Source: Malacoraja senta (lineage: Eukaryota). Taken from it: a stretch of DNA of 64,000 nucleotides. The notes under the pieces were generated by a model that saw nothing but the letters and a program-made list of their open reading frames with translations, was not told the DNA's origin and searched no databases. The stretch covers positions 24,616,001 to 24,680,000 of the forward strand of contig CM075988.1 of assembly GCA_038087875.1 (NCBI GenBank). The letters are read 5' to 3'. Shown here piece by piece: positions 12,345 through 24,139 of the stretch. The position numbers and the translations under genes are program-made. Position 1 is the stretch's first letter. Each line of letters starts with the position of its first letter.

Positions 12345-12930
12345 TTGATCTATCTCTGCCTTAAAAATATCCATAGCTTGGCCTCCACAACCTTCTATGG
12401 CAAAGAATTCCACAGATTCACCACCCTCTGACCAAATAAATGCAATAGACAATAGACAATAGGTGCAGGAGTAGGCCATTTGGCCCTTCGAGCCATTCAA
12501 TGTGATCATGGCTGATCATCCCCAATCAGTACCCCGTTCCTGCCTTCTCCCAATATCCTCTGACTCCGCTATTTTTAGGAGCCCTATCCAGCTCTCTCTT
12601 GAAAGCATCCAGAGAACCTGCCTCCACCGCCCTCTGAGGCAGAGAATACCACAGACTCACCACTCTCTGTGAGAAAGTGTTTCCTCGTCTCCGTTCTAAA
12701 TGGCTTACTCCTCATTCTTAAACTGTGGCCCCTGGTTCTGGACTCCCCCAACATCGGGAAAATGTTTCCTGCCTTTAGCGTGTCCAAGCCCTTAACAATC
12801 TTATATGTTTCCTCTTCATCGCCTTCCTAAAGGAACGTCCTTTAATTCTGAGGCTATGGCCTCTAGTCCTAGACTCTCCCACAAGCGGAAACATTCTCTT
12901 CACATCCACTCTATCCAGGCCTTTCGCTAT
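12345..12930 (-). mobile_element. Nested CR1 3' fragments (HER1-type copy inside another CR1 subfamily)
   Basis: MDTLKAGNIFPMLGESRTRGHSLR frame at 12584-12787, sitting between two halves of a second CR1 tail. Confidence 0.85.
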
Positions 12931-13204
12931 TCAATAACTGTCCCTGGTAAATGCTCTGAGAGGATCTCATGGTTAATCTTAAGGTTTGCATGTCAGGGCA
13001 TCACATAAGATTGTATTACTTTTAACTTCTCACTGAACACTTAAGGCACTTTCTGGAAAAGGAGATTGTCAATTTTAACCTCATAATTTAAACATTAGGA
13101 AACTCAATTAAGATTTCAAAAGAAAATCAATTTTCACAATTTATTGTGCAAAAAAGGGAATACTTACTGCATGGGGAGGGGGGTGGGATAAGTTACATAG
13201 TTGC

Positions 13205-15207
13205 ATAGAAAATAGGTGCAGGAGTAGGCCATTCGGCCCTTCGAGCCTGCACTGCCATTCAATATGATCATGGCTGATCATCCAACTCAGTATCCCGTAC
13301 CTGCCTTCTCTCCATACCCCCTGATACCCTTAGCCACAAGGGCCACATCTAACTCCCTCTTAAATATAGCCAATGAACTGGCCTCAACTACCCTCTGTGG
13401 CAGAGAATTCCAGAGATTCACCAAGTCTGCCTTCCCGTTTTTGCCACCAAAGTGGATAACCTCACATTTATCCACATTATACTGCATCTGCCAAACATTT
13501 GCCCACTCACCCAGCCTATCCAAGTCACCTTGCAGTCTCCTAGCATCCTCCTCACAGCTAACACTGCCCCCCAGCTTAGTGTCATCCGCAAACTTGGAGA
13601 TGTTGCTTTCAATTCCCTCATCCAGTTCATTAATATAAATTGTAAATAGCTGGGGTCCCAGCACTGAGCCTTGCGGTACCCCACTAGTCACTGCCTGCCA
13701 TTGTGAAAAGGACCCGTTTACTCCTACCCTTTGCTTCCTGTTTGCCAGCCAGTTCTCTATCCACATCAATACTGAACCCCCAATACCGTGTGATTTAAGT
13801 TTGTATCCTAATCTCTTATGTGGTACCTTGTCGAAAGCCTTCTGAAAGTCCAGATACAACACATCCACTGGTTCTCCCCTATCCACTCTACTAGTTACAT
13901 CCTCGAAAAATTCTATAAGATTCGTCAGACACGATTTACCTTTCGTAAATCCATGCTGACTTTGTCCAATGATTTCACCACTTTCCAAATGTGCTGCTAT
14001 CCCATCTTTAATAACTGACTCTAGCAGTTTCCCCACTACCGATGTTAGACTAACTGGTCTGTAATTCCCCGTTTTCTCTCTCCCTCCCTTCTTAAAAAGT
14101 GGGGTTACGTTTGCTACCCTCCAATCCTCAGGAACTACTCCAGAATCTAAAGAGTTTTGAAAAATTATCACTAATGCATCCACTATTTCTGGAGCTACTT
14201 CCTTAAGTACTCTGGGATGCAGCCTATCTGGCCCTGGTGATTTATCGGCCTTTAATCCATTCAATTTACCCAACACCACTTCCCGACTAACCTGGATTTC
14301 ACTCAGTTCCTCCATCTCCTTTGACCCGCGGCCCCCTGCTATTTCCGGCAGATTATTTATGTCTTCCTTAGTGAAGACGGAACCAAAGTAGTTATTCAAT
14401 TGGTCCGCCATATCCTTGTTCCCCATGATCAATTCACCTGTTTCTGACTGCAAGGGACCTACATTTGTTTTAACTAATCTCTTTCTCTTCACATATCTAT
14501 AAAAACTTTTGCAGTCAGTTTTTATGTTCCCTGCCAGTTTCCTTTCATAATCTATTTTCCCTTTCCTAATTAAGCCCTTTGTCCTCCTCTGCTGGTCTCT
14601 GAATTTCTCCCAGTCCTCTGGTATGCTGCTTTTTCTGGCTAATTTGTACGCATCATCTTTTGCTTTGATACTATCCCTGATTTCCCTTGTTATCCACGGA
14701 TGCACTACCTTCCCTGATTTATTCTTTTGCCAAACTGGGATGAACAATTTTTGTAGTTCATCCATGCAGTCTTTAAATGCCTTCCATTGCATATCCACCG
14801 TCAACCCTTTTAGAACTAATTGCCAGTCAATCTTGGCCAATTCACGTCTCATACCTTCAAAGTTACCTTTCTTTAAGTTCAGAACCGTTGTTTCTGAATT
14901 AACAATGTCACTCTCCATCCTAATGAAGAACTCAACCATATTATGGTCACTCTTGCCCAAGGGGGCACGCACAACAAGACTGCTAACTAACCCTTCCTCA
15001 TTACTCAATACCCAGTCTAGAATAGCCTGCTCTCTCGTTGGTTCCTCTACATGTTGGTTTAGATAACTATCCCGCATACATTCCAAGAAATCCTCTTCCT
15101 CAGCAGCCCTGCCAATTTGATTCACCCAATCTATATGTAGATTGAAGTCACCCATTATAACTGTTTTGCCTTTGTTGCACGCATTTCTAATTTCCTGTTT
15201 GATGCCA
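13205..15207 (-). mobile_element. Young CR1/HER1 LINE: 5'-truncated, internally deleted, uninterrupted ORF2 (partial APE endonuclease plus RT)
   Basis: ORF 13287-15245 (652 aa) contains VIMGDFN, LGKSDH, KSPGPD, NYRPVSLTS, YLDFQKAFDKV, GVPQGSVLGP and KFADDTKL, then jumps GKAD|LVNLWNSLP; intact 3' UTR. Confidence 0.97.
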
Positions 15208-15519
15208 GTTATAGTTGAGTGTGATATGTTTGCATTGCATGTCATCCATCTTTTAGAAAGGTTTCAAAGGTTTCAAAGGTCTTTTATTGTCACGTGTACC
15301 AATTACAGCAGAGCTACCAGCTCTCACGCATTGAGCACAAATTTCTCACGCTCTGTCGCGGGAAATTCTGTGATCAACGAGAATTTCAAAACTAATATCA
15401 ACTGCTTGTGTGCACGTCTGTTGACAAGACAGCAGCATTATTATTCCCTGTTATTCTAACTTGACCGAACCGTCGCACACCTCCAAATCATGTCCCCATG
15501 TAAATTTACATTGAAAGAC

Positions 15520-16060
15520 ACGGACCGGGCAGTGAATGAGTGTTACCCAGCGCAGCTAGTAAGGCCATGCCCTACTCCCGGCGGCAGTCGGAATTTAAGG
15601 ATATGCGCGAAGCGGCTGACATGAGCGAGGCCGGCGAGCGGCAGGGAGAGGTACATGGGACGCGGGGCTGGGGGGGGGGCACTTTTTTGGCTAGACATGT
15701 TTCAATGTCTCTGGCTTTGGACGAGGGGCTGCTGTGCTCTGAGCAACCTGGTCGTGCGTGTTGGAGAGCCCGAGCGGAGGGAGGGAGGGAGGGAGGGAGG
15801 GAGGGAAGCAGAAGCAGCGGCGGCGGCAGATACGGACGGGGAGCCGGGGCTGGCGAGTGTTTGCCGGGCTGGCGAGTTGCTTGCTGCAGCTCCAGCCATG
15901 GAGCAGCCTCAGTGCAAGAGTCCCGGGCCGTCGGAGGCGTCGGAAGCGTTGCGCCGCTGCCGTGAGAGTCTCTGCACCCAATTCGCCCTGGTGACCGACA
16001 TGGACCAAACTGCAGCTCGGTGTATCCTGGAGGACAACCAATGGCTGCTAGAAGTAGGTA
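15520..16060 (+). promoter_or_regulatory. CpG island / promoter and first exon region
   Basis: Sharp rise in GC and CpG, (GGAG)n tract 15777-15805 and GCGGCGGCGGC run; not recognisable as a repeat. Confidence 0.75.
15898..16053 (+). CDS. tdp2: First coding exon of a TDP2-like gene (tyrosyl-DNA phosphodiesterase 2 N-terminal UBA-like domain); partial
   Basis: Kozak gccATGG; MEQPQCKSPGPSEASEALRRCRESLCTQFALVTDMDQTAARCILEDNQWLLE resembles human TDP2 RRLLCVEFASVASCDAAVAQCFLAENDWEME; phase-0 donor GAA|GTAGGT where I recall TDP2 exon 1 ending. A paralog or another UBA-like protein cannot be excluded. Confidence 0.72.
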
Positions 16061-16159
16061 CCAAGCACTGGATAGAAGCAGTGGAAGATAGTGGCCGTTA
16101 AATGGGGGTGGTTGGAGAAAGCATCCTGCTTACAAGCTAGATTTTCACTTACTGTAACT

Positions 16160-16800
16160 GCAAGAAAAATGTTCCCAATGTTGGGGGAGTTCATAACCAG
16201 GGGTCACAGTTTAAGAATAAGGGGTAGGCCATTTAGAACTGAGATGAGGACAAACTTTTTTCACCCAGAGAGTTGTGAATCTGTGGAATTCTCTGCCACA
16301 GAAGGCAGTGGAGGCCAATTCATTGGATGTTTTCAAGAGAGAGTTACATTTAGCTCTTGGAGCTAGCGAAATCAAGGGATATGGGGAAAAAACAGGAAAG
16401 AGGTACTGTTTTTTGATGAACAGCCATGATCATATTGAATGGCAGTGCTGGCTCGAAGGGCCGAATGGCCTATTCCTGCACCTGTTTTCTATGTTTCTAT
16501 GCTTGAGTATATGGCAATAAAATTCGACAACTTGATTTTGAAGCATTCATGCATGGCGAAGGTATAATGTAGGCATAGAGTGATACAGTGTGAAAACAGG
16601 CCCTTCGGCCCAACTTGTCCACACCCGCCAACATGTCCCAGCTACACTACCTGCTTTTGGTCCATATCCCTCCAAACCTGTCCTATCCATGTATCAGTCT
16701 AACTGTTTCTTAAATGTTGGGATAGTTCCTGCCTCAACTACATCCTCTGGCAGCTTGTTCCATACACCCACCACCCTTTGTGTGGAAAAAGTTACCCCTT
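16160..16800. mobile_element. Two CR1 3' fragments (+ 16160-16500, - 16575-16800)
   Basis: KMFPMLGEFITRGHSLRIRGRPFRTEMR and NLWNSLPQKAVEAN frames; tails tttctatgtttctatg and catagagtgatacagtgtg. Confidence 0.88.
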
Positions 16801-16834
16801 AACAAGTTACCTCTTAAAAAGTTACCTCTTAAAA

Positions 16835-17054
16835 ATACTTCAAACAAAAAACTTTGAAATCATACTTCTACAATGCACTATTACATGATTTTAATACATC
16901 AAATTTCAAAAAGTCCCTACCATGGGAGGAGGGGGGCACCCCCCTCCCACACCCTCTCCCCACTCGGTCACTCCATTCCCTCGCCAGGTCCCCTCAAGGC
17001 AAGTGATCAGTGATCGCTCAGCCCTCTCATTTTCAAAAATGCTCCATGGCCCCT
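16835..17054. mobile_element. Putative DNA-transposon (hAT-like) end fragment
   Basis: Shares aatttcaa...taccatgggagg...cccc...ccctc with 18735-18945 and ends ...ggcccctg. Confidence 0.4.
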
Positions 17055-18309
17055 GGTTCAGATGGAGAGCACTGCCAGATGTGAGCGGGGAACTGAGGCC
17101 AGTTGTCCGTGATGTCCGGATCCCAATGCTCAGTGCTTCATGTTTCGGAGTTGGCTAATGTTATTGATTTGTAATTAGCCTGGTTTGTAATTAGTTGACA
17201 AAATCTTCATTTATTAATCCGGAATATCCAGGGGGATGGGATAAGTGTAATATTAATATGACATGCAAGGTGTCAGGCTGTCTGTCACAACATACAGCCC
17301 AGATAATCCATTATTTCCTTCAGTTAAATATTGGGAAGCTAGCACTATTGTCATTTGCCACTCACTATTATGTTTGTTTACCACTGACTATTTCTATCCC
17401 CCACCCTCCCACCAAATTTATTTGACAGGGTGAATTGAAATGTCCCCAATCTCGTTGTTTTATTAACACGTAGATGAACATCCTCAAGGAATGTAATCAG
17501 TTGGAAACTGATTCAGATGCGATGTTTAAGAGCTTGTTCAGAGAAGGGGCATATTTTAAAGGAGTGACAGAGATACTTGCAGGGGAATGTGTGAGGAGGT
17601 TATTATTTGTCTTTAGTTTTAGCTTGAACCAGGACATCTGAAGATGCAAAGTTTAATATAGTAATTGTGCTGATACTGACTCCAACCAACCATGTAATGA
17701 ATATCATCCATTCCGGAGGTTTTATTTTTCTGATGCTATTTAAACTTCACTTGGATTTCAATCACTTAAATGTAACAAAAATGTGCCCTTGGTACATATT
17801 AAATGTAATATAATAATGTATGCATGTTGGTAGGTGCAATCAAAACAAAGATCTTTTTTATCAATGTTGTGTTATGAATACCACAGAAAATATTTTGTAC
17901 TCTCAAGATCACATTAAATAGAATATTATTGCTTAAATATATATTGTTATTGGACTTTGCATTTCGGAAAAGTCCCAGCTGAGAGGAAGACAGCAAAATA
18001 CTGAAAATATTGGGGGTGAAAATGACTTCAGGACAGTTTGTTAGGAAAATGACGGAAATAGTAACAGAATACATATACAGCTGAGTGAGTATAATTTTAT
18101 GGATGAGAAATTTTGTTCAACCAATTGATGGCTTCTTTGACAAAGTAACTAGCATGTTAGATAACAAGGAAGCCAATGGATGTAACAAATTTTGTTATAC
18201 AAAATTTGGTCGTGAAGTGCCCCATAAAAGATTACTGCATTAGCTAAGCACCTGTGAACTTCAACATAATAGGTTAAATCAAGGAGGTCAGATATGGGGC
18301 TTTATGTGT

Positions 18310-18590
18310 GGGCCAGATATATTGTCAGTGCAGAGGGGTTAGGAGCAAGGCCAAAGCAAGTGTGCATCCAGAGTCAAGGTCTGGAATAGTACTAGTTGTG
18401 CAGTCAAAGCTGGGGCAATGGGAGTGTTCAGCACTGGGAACCTAAGCAGGTAAGCAGCTATGATCAGGGTAGAATAGGGGGCCAGGTGTAAGGCTGGACT
18501 CAGGGTCTGGAATGAGAGAAGGTATGCAACTGGAGTCAGGGTGAGGAGTAGTACCAGGTATGCAGTGAGACCCAGGTTGGTCAACATGGG
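18310..18590. repeat. Degenerate tandem repeat, unit about 36 bp
   Basis: Recurrent ggtatgca.ctggagtcagggtctggaat units. Confidence 0.6.
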
Positions 18591-18734
18591 CCAAGTGCTT
18601 GATTATAATCTGATTTCCATACATGAATACACTAAGATCATTCATGTGCTGCACCTGTTGATCAGACCCTGGCTCTACTGTGGAATGTAATTAGGAATGT
18701 AATTTAGCCTTACCTTATTCATAGCTAATCCAAT

Positions 18735-18945
18735 TTAAAGCATAAATATTGCATTCAAGTGTGAGTTAGAAGACTCGCTACAGTATGCACCAGATTGCAC
18801 AATTTCAAGCTGAAAAATGCAAAAGCTTTGTACCATGGGAGGGAGGCCCCCCGGGAGGGACCCCCCCCCCCGGTCGCTACACTCCCTCGGGCTTGATCTC
18901 TCGCAATTTCTCACTCCCAACTCTCACCCAATGTTGGCAGCCCTG
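18735..18945. mobile_element. hAT-type DNA transposon end fragment
   Basis: Terminates in gttggcagccctg (CAGGGCTGCCAAC on minus), a terminus typical of hAT/Tip100-type TIRs; the partner TIR was not found. Confidence 0.55.
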
Positions 18946-20689
18946 AATTACAGTGATATGCAAATTACCATTGAAGAGTGAATAAAAGCGAATGGAGTTA
19001 GAGGGGGGCTTAATGAGAAGAGGAGCACACCAATTTGAGTTAGTAGTTCAAAGGAAAAAGATGGTAAAAGCAGGGGTTGATAAAAATAAAGCAAAGGGAT
19101 ACAGAGCAAGTGAAAAGACCATAAACATAGGAGCAGAATTAGGCCAAGTTGGTCCTTCAAGTCTGCTGTGCCATTCGATCATGGGTGATTTATCTTTCCC
19201 TCTCAACCCCACTCTCCTGCCTTCTTGCTGTAACCTTTGACGCTCTAATTAATCAATAGCCTATCAATTTCCGCCTATATCTCACAGCTTACATCTTGGG
19301 TTCTGACAATTCGATGTCCGCCTCACTTCTCACAAACAGCTAAGCGCAGACTGTTTGTGCTACACTTCCAAATTAAAGGTGACTTATTAGAAGTTAAGAC
19401 TCAATTTCATGCTCCTTGCTCTTGATGTATCACTGATGTTGTTACTTATGTTTCTATTGGTTCAAGGTAGCTGGTAATCTTAAAGGAATCAGATTCACCA
19501 TCATGCTGATGTATTGCCCTTCCGACTGGGAGCTGGGATAGGATTGCTGCCTTGGTCCTGGGGCTGTTTGTGTGACACCATAGTATCTGTTTCTCAAAGA
19601 GAAACTGCTAACTAAATTTTACTGAGCTTATCGACTCACTGTGCCAAGCAGAGTTGTGATGGATTCTTTGATTTAGAATCTCTCTTTCCAGTGACAAACT
19701 GGAAACTTTAAGAAATGATTGAGTTGCAAAATTGTCTGTTTTCTCCGGGAGTACAATGCAGAGTGCAAGATATCTGACAGCAACCAGTATTGATTGAGAA
19801 CTAGTGAGCAGAGGCAATAGCTCCTGTGCTAGATCAATGCTGGCTCATTGGGAATCTTCAGGGGCTTCTCATGACCAGTTTTATCTCTGAGTGAAATAGT
19901 TTTCTCATTGGCAAAAAAAACAACAGGGTGAGAAAAGAAACAAGTTCCAAGTCAAACAAAAATGAAATGCAAGGAGGATGCAAAAAGGTTACAAAGATTT
20001 ACACACCAGTTAAGTGACTGGATCACAAAATGGTCTACTTGGAATATTATTCATAATTTTTTTATGGCACATGGGATTAGCTATTTAGCCCATCTGATCT
20101 TTGCTGACTACCATCACCAAGACCTATCATCTGATTTTCCCTCGCTTTCCACATGGCCCTGCACAATATTATCTCTCAAGTGAATTCCCAATTCCTTTAT
20201 GGGGGAACTGATAAGACTCCTTTCCACCACCCCTATAGCTAATGAGTTATATATCATAAATTATGTCTGGATAATAATTTTTGGAATGAGAGAATTATTT
20301 TACAAGGTGAGAATCATGAGTAGGCCTATAATCTCTAGAATTTCAAAGAATCAGAAGTGATCACATTGAAAACTGTTATATTCTGGCAGGATTTGACTGG
20401 CTGGGGAAGAAGTGCCCAGTGGGATAAATGTTCAGAACTGAGGACCATAATGTCTTGATAACCAGTTTGCCATTCATGTGTAGGAAGGAACTGCACATGC
20501 TGGTTTACACCAAAGATAGACACAATGTGCTGGAGTAACTCCGCAGGACAGGCAGCATCTCTGGAGAAAAGGAATGGGTGACATTTCAGGTCAAGGCACT
20601 TCTTCATACCATGGTTGCATTGAGGAGTTATTTTTTTATTACGTGGTTGGTAATGTTTGGAATTCTCTCTCCTGAAAGGCTGTGAATAC

Positions 20690-21445
20690 ACAGTCAATGA
20701 AAAGAATAAGACCAATCCTCAAACCTGGCACAAATTGCATGGTCTACTAGGCATCAGTGATCCTATCCTCCACTGTTTTGGAGAATTGGTTTGCCTACAA
20801 CAGGCAACTCAAAACACTGGAAAGATGCACCAGTACCATCTGTGCAAAATCCTGGAAGGGCAAACAAATCAATAACTGTGGCATCTCTCAGCCCAACATC
20901 GCTAGTATTGAGGCCTCGGTTGGTTTCATAGGGCAGGCCATTCACATGCCAACACCAGATCCCAAAGCTGACCTTCTGTTCTGAGCTCTGTAATGGGGAG
21001 GAGATTATGTGGCAGACGGAGGATCTCCTCACGACTTCCTTAAAGAAATCCCAAATCCTCATGACTCCTGTGAATCTCCGACCCCATGGCCACTCAAAGC
21101 AGGGAAGAAGCATTTGGGATTCCTTTACAAACTTTGAATCCATACGTTGGGATCGCAAAGAGGCTTCTGTAAGCCGCAAAAGTTCAGAAGTGAGGACCAT
21201 AATGTCTTGATAACCAGTTTGCCATTCATGTGTAGGAAAGAACTGCACATGCTGGTTTACACCAAAGATAGACACAATGTTCTGGAGTAACTCAGCAGGG
21301 CAGGCAGCATCTCTGGAGAGAAGGAATGGGGACCACCTCACCAACTACACACACCATTGCCCCACCTGTGAAGTCTACAGTTTCCACGTTGATCTCATTA
21401 ACCACATCATTGACCACAAAACCAAAGTGGAAATAAATCAAACTC
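20690..21445 (+). mobile_element. Ancient RTE-clade LINE ORF C-terminal fragment
   Basis: Degenerate KPGTKL.VY...VI...ENWFAYNRQLKTLER...C..KIL and terminal CPTC....HVDLINH zinc-finger remnant. Confidence 0.7.
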
Positions 21446-23010
21446 AATCCCGAGGGACTGTTTAAATAGTTTCTTGAGGCAGAGATTGATGGATTTTTGG
21501 GAATGGGGGAATATAGGGGTGTGAAAATAGGGTGGAATTGTGGAGCTGTGATAGAAGATTTGCCCATAATATTAAATGCCAAAGCATTTTTGAGAGGCCC
21601 TGTGGCTATTCCCACTCATATTTCTCGTGCTCTTAAAAGGCATAGTGGAAATGCTGACAGCTTTATAAATATTGATGAAGAAAATGAAATGAAAATTAGT
21701 TCTTCAAAAATGATCTCTATCCCAATACTGGATTCTGTTACTGCTGTCAACATCAGGACCAATGAAGATAAGACAGCTCAAATGATTAGTCCCGAGGCAC
21801 TGTGACTTTCATTGTACGATGATTCATATCAGCAGTTTGCTGAATGATGAGAACAATTTCCTGCATGTGCCAGACCAAATATTCTGCTCATATTTGCTGA
21901 GATTATTTACAACTGAAATGGAAATCTGGGCCAAGACTTAGAATCAGTAGAAATTAATAGGCTGGATTGCCAATGTCGTATCAGTTGGTACAAAAGATAG
22001 GTAAAATAGCATTAATTGAAGAGGAAAATATAGTGAGCTTGCCATAAAGTCTTAAAAAAGTCCACAATAAAGGAACTAATAATAAAATGCTCAAAGGTTC
22101 ATCATGTAAATGATTGAACTAGAGTTTAAAAAAAAACATATTTTAGCAGCAATCTGCTCTGCATTCACATCACTTTGATCAACAATGTTGAACTCTTCAA
22201 TGTACTGGAAGTGCAGCATCTCGTAGGTTTTATTTGTCAGTGATGTTCAGAATAGTAAAGACATAATTATCAATGAATTTATATGCCTATCATTTCTTTG
22301 GGGAAACCAAACAAACTTACACCTTCATAGAGAGGTCAAATTTTCTTCCTTTCAACTCCTTCTTCTCTGAATTGTGACATGGTACTTATGCTCAGAATAC
22401 ACAGATGTGGTTGAAAGCTCCAGGGAATTATTAGAAGGTAAAAGAAAATATCTAATTGCTTTCCAAGTTGAGCAAGATTGGAAGGCAAGAATAAATGCAA
22501 AAATCAAAACATGAAAGGAAGAAAGAAAGAAGAAAAGAAGCCAATGAAATACTTTTGGTGAGGTCTATGTTTTAAGGTAAGAAATACAATAGAAAAGTGC
22601 AATTGTAACTGTAAAAGATGTGATTTGTTGAATTATTTATTCTATAATAAAATTTAGGTTTAACATTTTTAATTACACTGGTGTGATAAAATGGCAATAA
22701 AATCATGCTGAATTATTTTAAAATAAAAAAGGCTGGAAACATTTAGCAGGTCGATGTTTCCAGCAATCCAGTAATCTTCCATTTATAGGAAGGATGCAGA
22801 GGCTTTGTAAGGGGTGCAAATGAGATTTACCAGAATGCTATATGGATTAGAGTGTATTAGCTATAAAGAGAGGTTGCACAAACTTAGATTGTTTTCTCTG
22901 AAACATGGGAGGCTGAGGGGAGATCTGATTTAAGTATATAAAATCATGAGAGGCATAGATAGGGTTGACAGTCAGAACTGTTTTCCCATGATGGAAATGT
23001 CAAATACTAG

Positions 23011-23330
23011 GGCGGCAAGGTGATGCAGCGGTAGAGTTGCTGCCTTACGGCGCTTGCTGTACCGGAGACCAAGGTTCAATCCTGAATATGGATGCTGTCT
23101 GTACAGAGTTTATATGTTCTCCCCGTGACCACATGGGTTTTCTTCGGTTCCCACACTCCAAAGATGAACAGGTATGTAGGTAAATTGGCTTGGTATAAGT
23201 GTAAAACCGTCCCTAGTGTGTGTAGGGTAGCGTTAATGTGCGGGGATCGCTGGTCAGTGCGGACTCGGTGGGTCGAAGGGCCTGTTTCCATGCTGCATCT
23301 CTAAAACTAAAAACTAAAACTAAAAACTAG
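23011..23330 (+). mobile_element. HE1-like V-SINE, full length
   Basis: tRNA-like head (ggtgatgcagcggtag...ggttcaatcc), V-domain, (AAAACT)n tail, actag duplication. Confidence 0.9.
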
Positions 23331-23484
23331 AGGGCATGGCTGTAAGGAGAAAGGGGCAAAGTTTAATGGAGATTGTATAAAGTACTATTGACACTGAGTC
23401 ATAAAACTTCATAATAAGTACTTTAATAAGAATACATACAGGAACCATATACATAGGTACTGTAGGCTCAAAGTCGTAGCTTAA

Positions 23485-23810
23485 TGGCCCTGTCACACGA
23501 GTTCATTCAAGAGCTCTCCCGAGTTTTAAAAAAAAATCAAACTCGTGGTAAGCACGGAGAATGAACGTAGCGGGTACGTCGGAGCTCGGGGACGTCTCTT
23601 AGCGGCTCGTAACGCTAACAGCAGGTACTCGGGAAGACTCGCTAACGGCAGGTAAGCTCGGGAAGACTCGTGAAGATTTTTCAACATGTTGAAAAATGTC
23701 CACGCGAGCCCCGAGTACCGACGAGCGGCCATTACCGTAAATCTCCGAGTTCGATTCAGGGCAAACTCAGGAGAACTATTTGAATGAACTCGTACAGTGG
23801 GACAGGGCTT
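23485..23810. mobile_element. PIF/Harbinger-type MITE (326 bp)
   Basis: TIRs tggccctgtc...gagttcattcaa / ttgaatgaactc...gacagggctt; TAA TSD; a related truncated copy lies at 52506-52625. Confidence 0.85.
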
Positions 23811-23883
23811 TAAACTAAAAGCATGGCTGCTCGCATTCCACAAGATGGCATGGTGGAACCCGGTTCTTTCCCAGGTGTAGAGA

Positions 23884-24042
23884 CACCTGGTCCTGGTAGA
23901 CTCTTACTCCGGGTGGTTCGAGATCGACTTGCTCCGCCCAACCTCTTCTGCGGCCGTCATCAAGAAACTTGCAAGACACTTCTCATTCCATGGGTCGCCT
24001 CGCTCCATCTTGTCCGGTAATGTTGGACAATTCACGAGCCAG
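23884..24042 (+). mobile_element. Gypsy/Ty3 integrase core fragment
   Basis: Translates HLVLVDSYSGWFEIDLLRPTSSAAVIKKLARHFSFHGSPRSILSGNVGQFTSQ; matches the rve pattern VD..S...E.....TS..VI..L...F..HG.P..I.SDNG.QFTS with the second catalytic D mutated. Confidence 0.88.
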
Positions 24043-24107
24043 ATGTTGTCTGATATAAAACATAGAACAGTACAGCACAGGAACAGACTCGAAGTCGTAG
24101 CTTAAAC

Positions 24108-24139
24108 CAAAGATACTATTGGCTCCTATAGTATCTTTG
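24108..24139. mobile_element. 32-bp hAT-type mini element
   Basis: Perfect 12-bp TIR caaagatactat/atagtatctttg around an 8-bp spacer; 8-bp TSD gcttaaac (24100-24107, 24140-24147). Confidence 0.8.

Noticed and set aside
15540..16041. Several overlapping ORFs on both strands around the CpG island
   Set aside because: Expected in GC-rich DNA; only the frame from ATG 15898 has homology, Kozak context and a donor. No ACOT13-like peptide on the minus strand.
18310..18590. CRISPR-like or coding repeat array
   Set aside because: Eukaryotic context; degenerate tandem units without unique spacers.
21630..21805. Protein-like frame HSGNADSFINIDEENEMK...SPEAL* as an exon
   Set aside because: Weak acceptor, wrong phase for the upstream exon and no recognisable homology.
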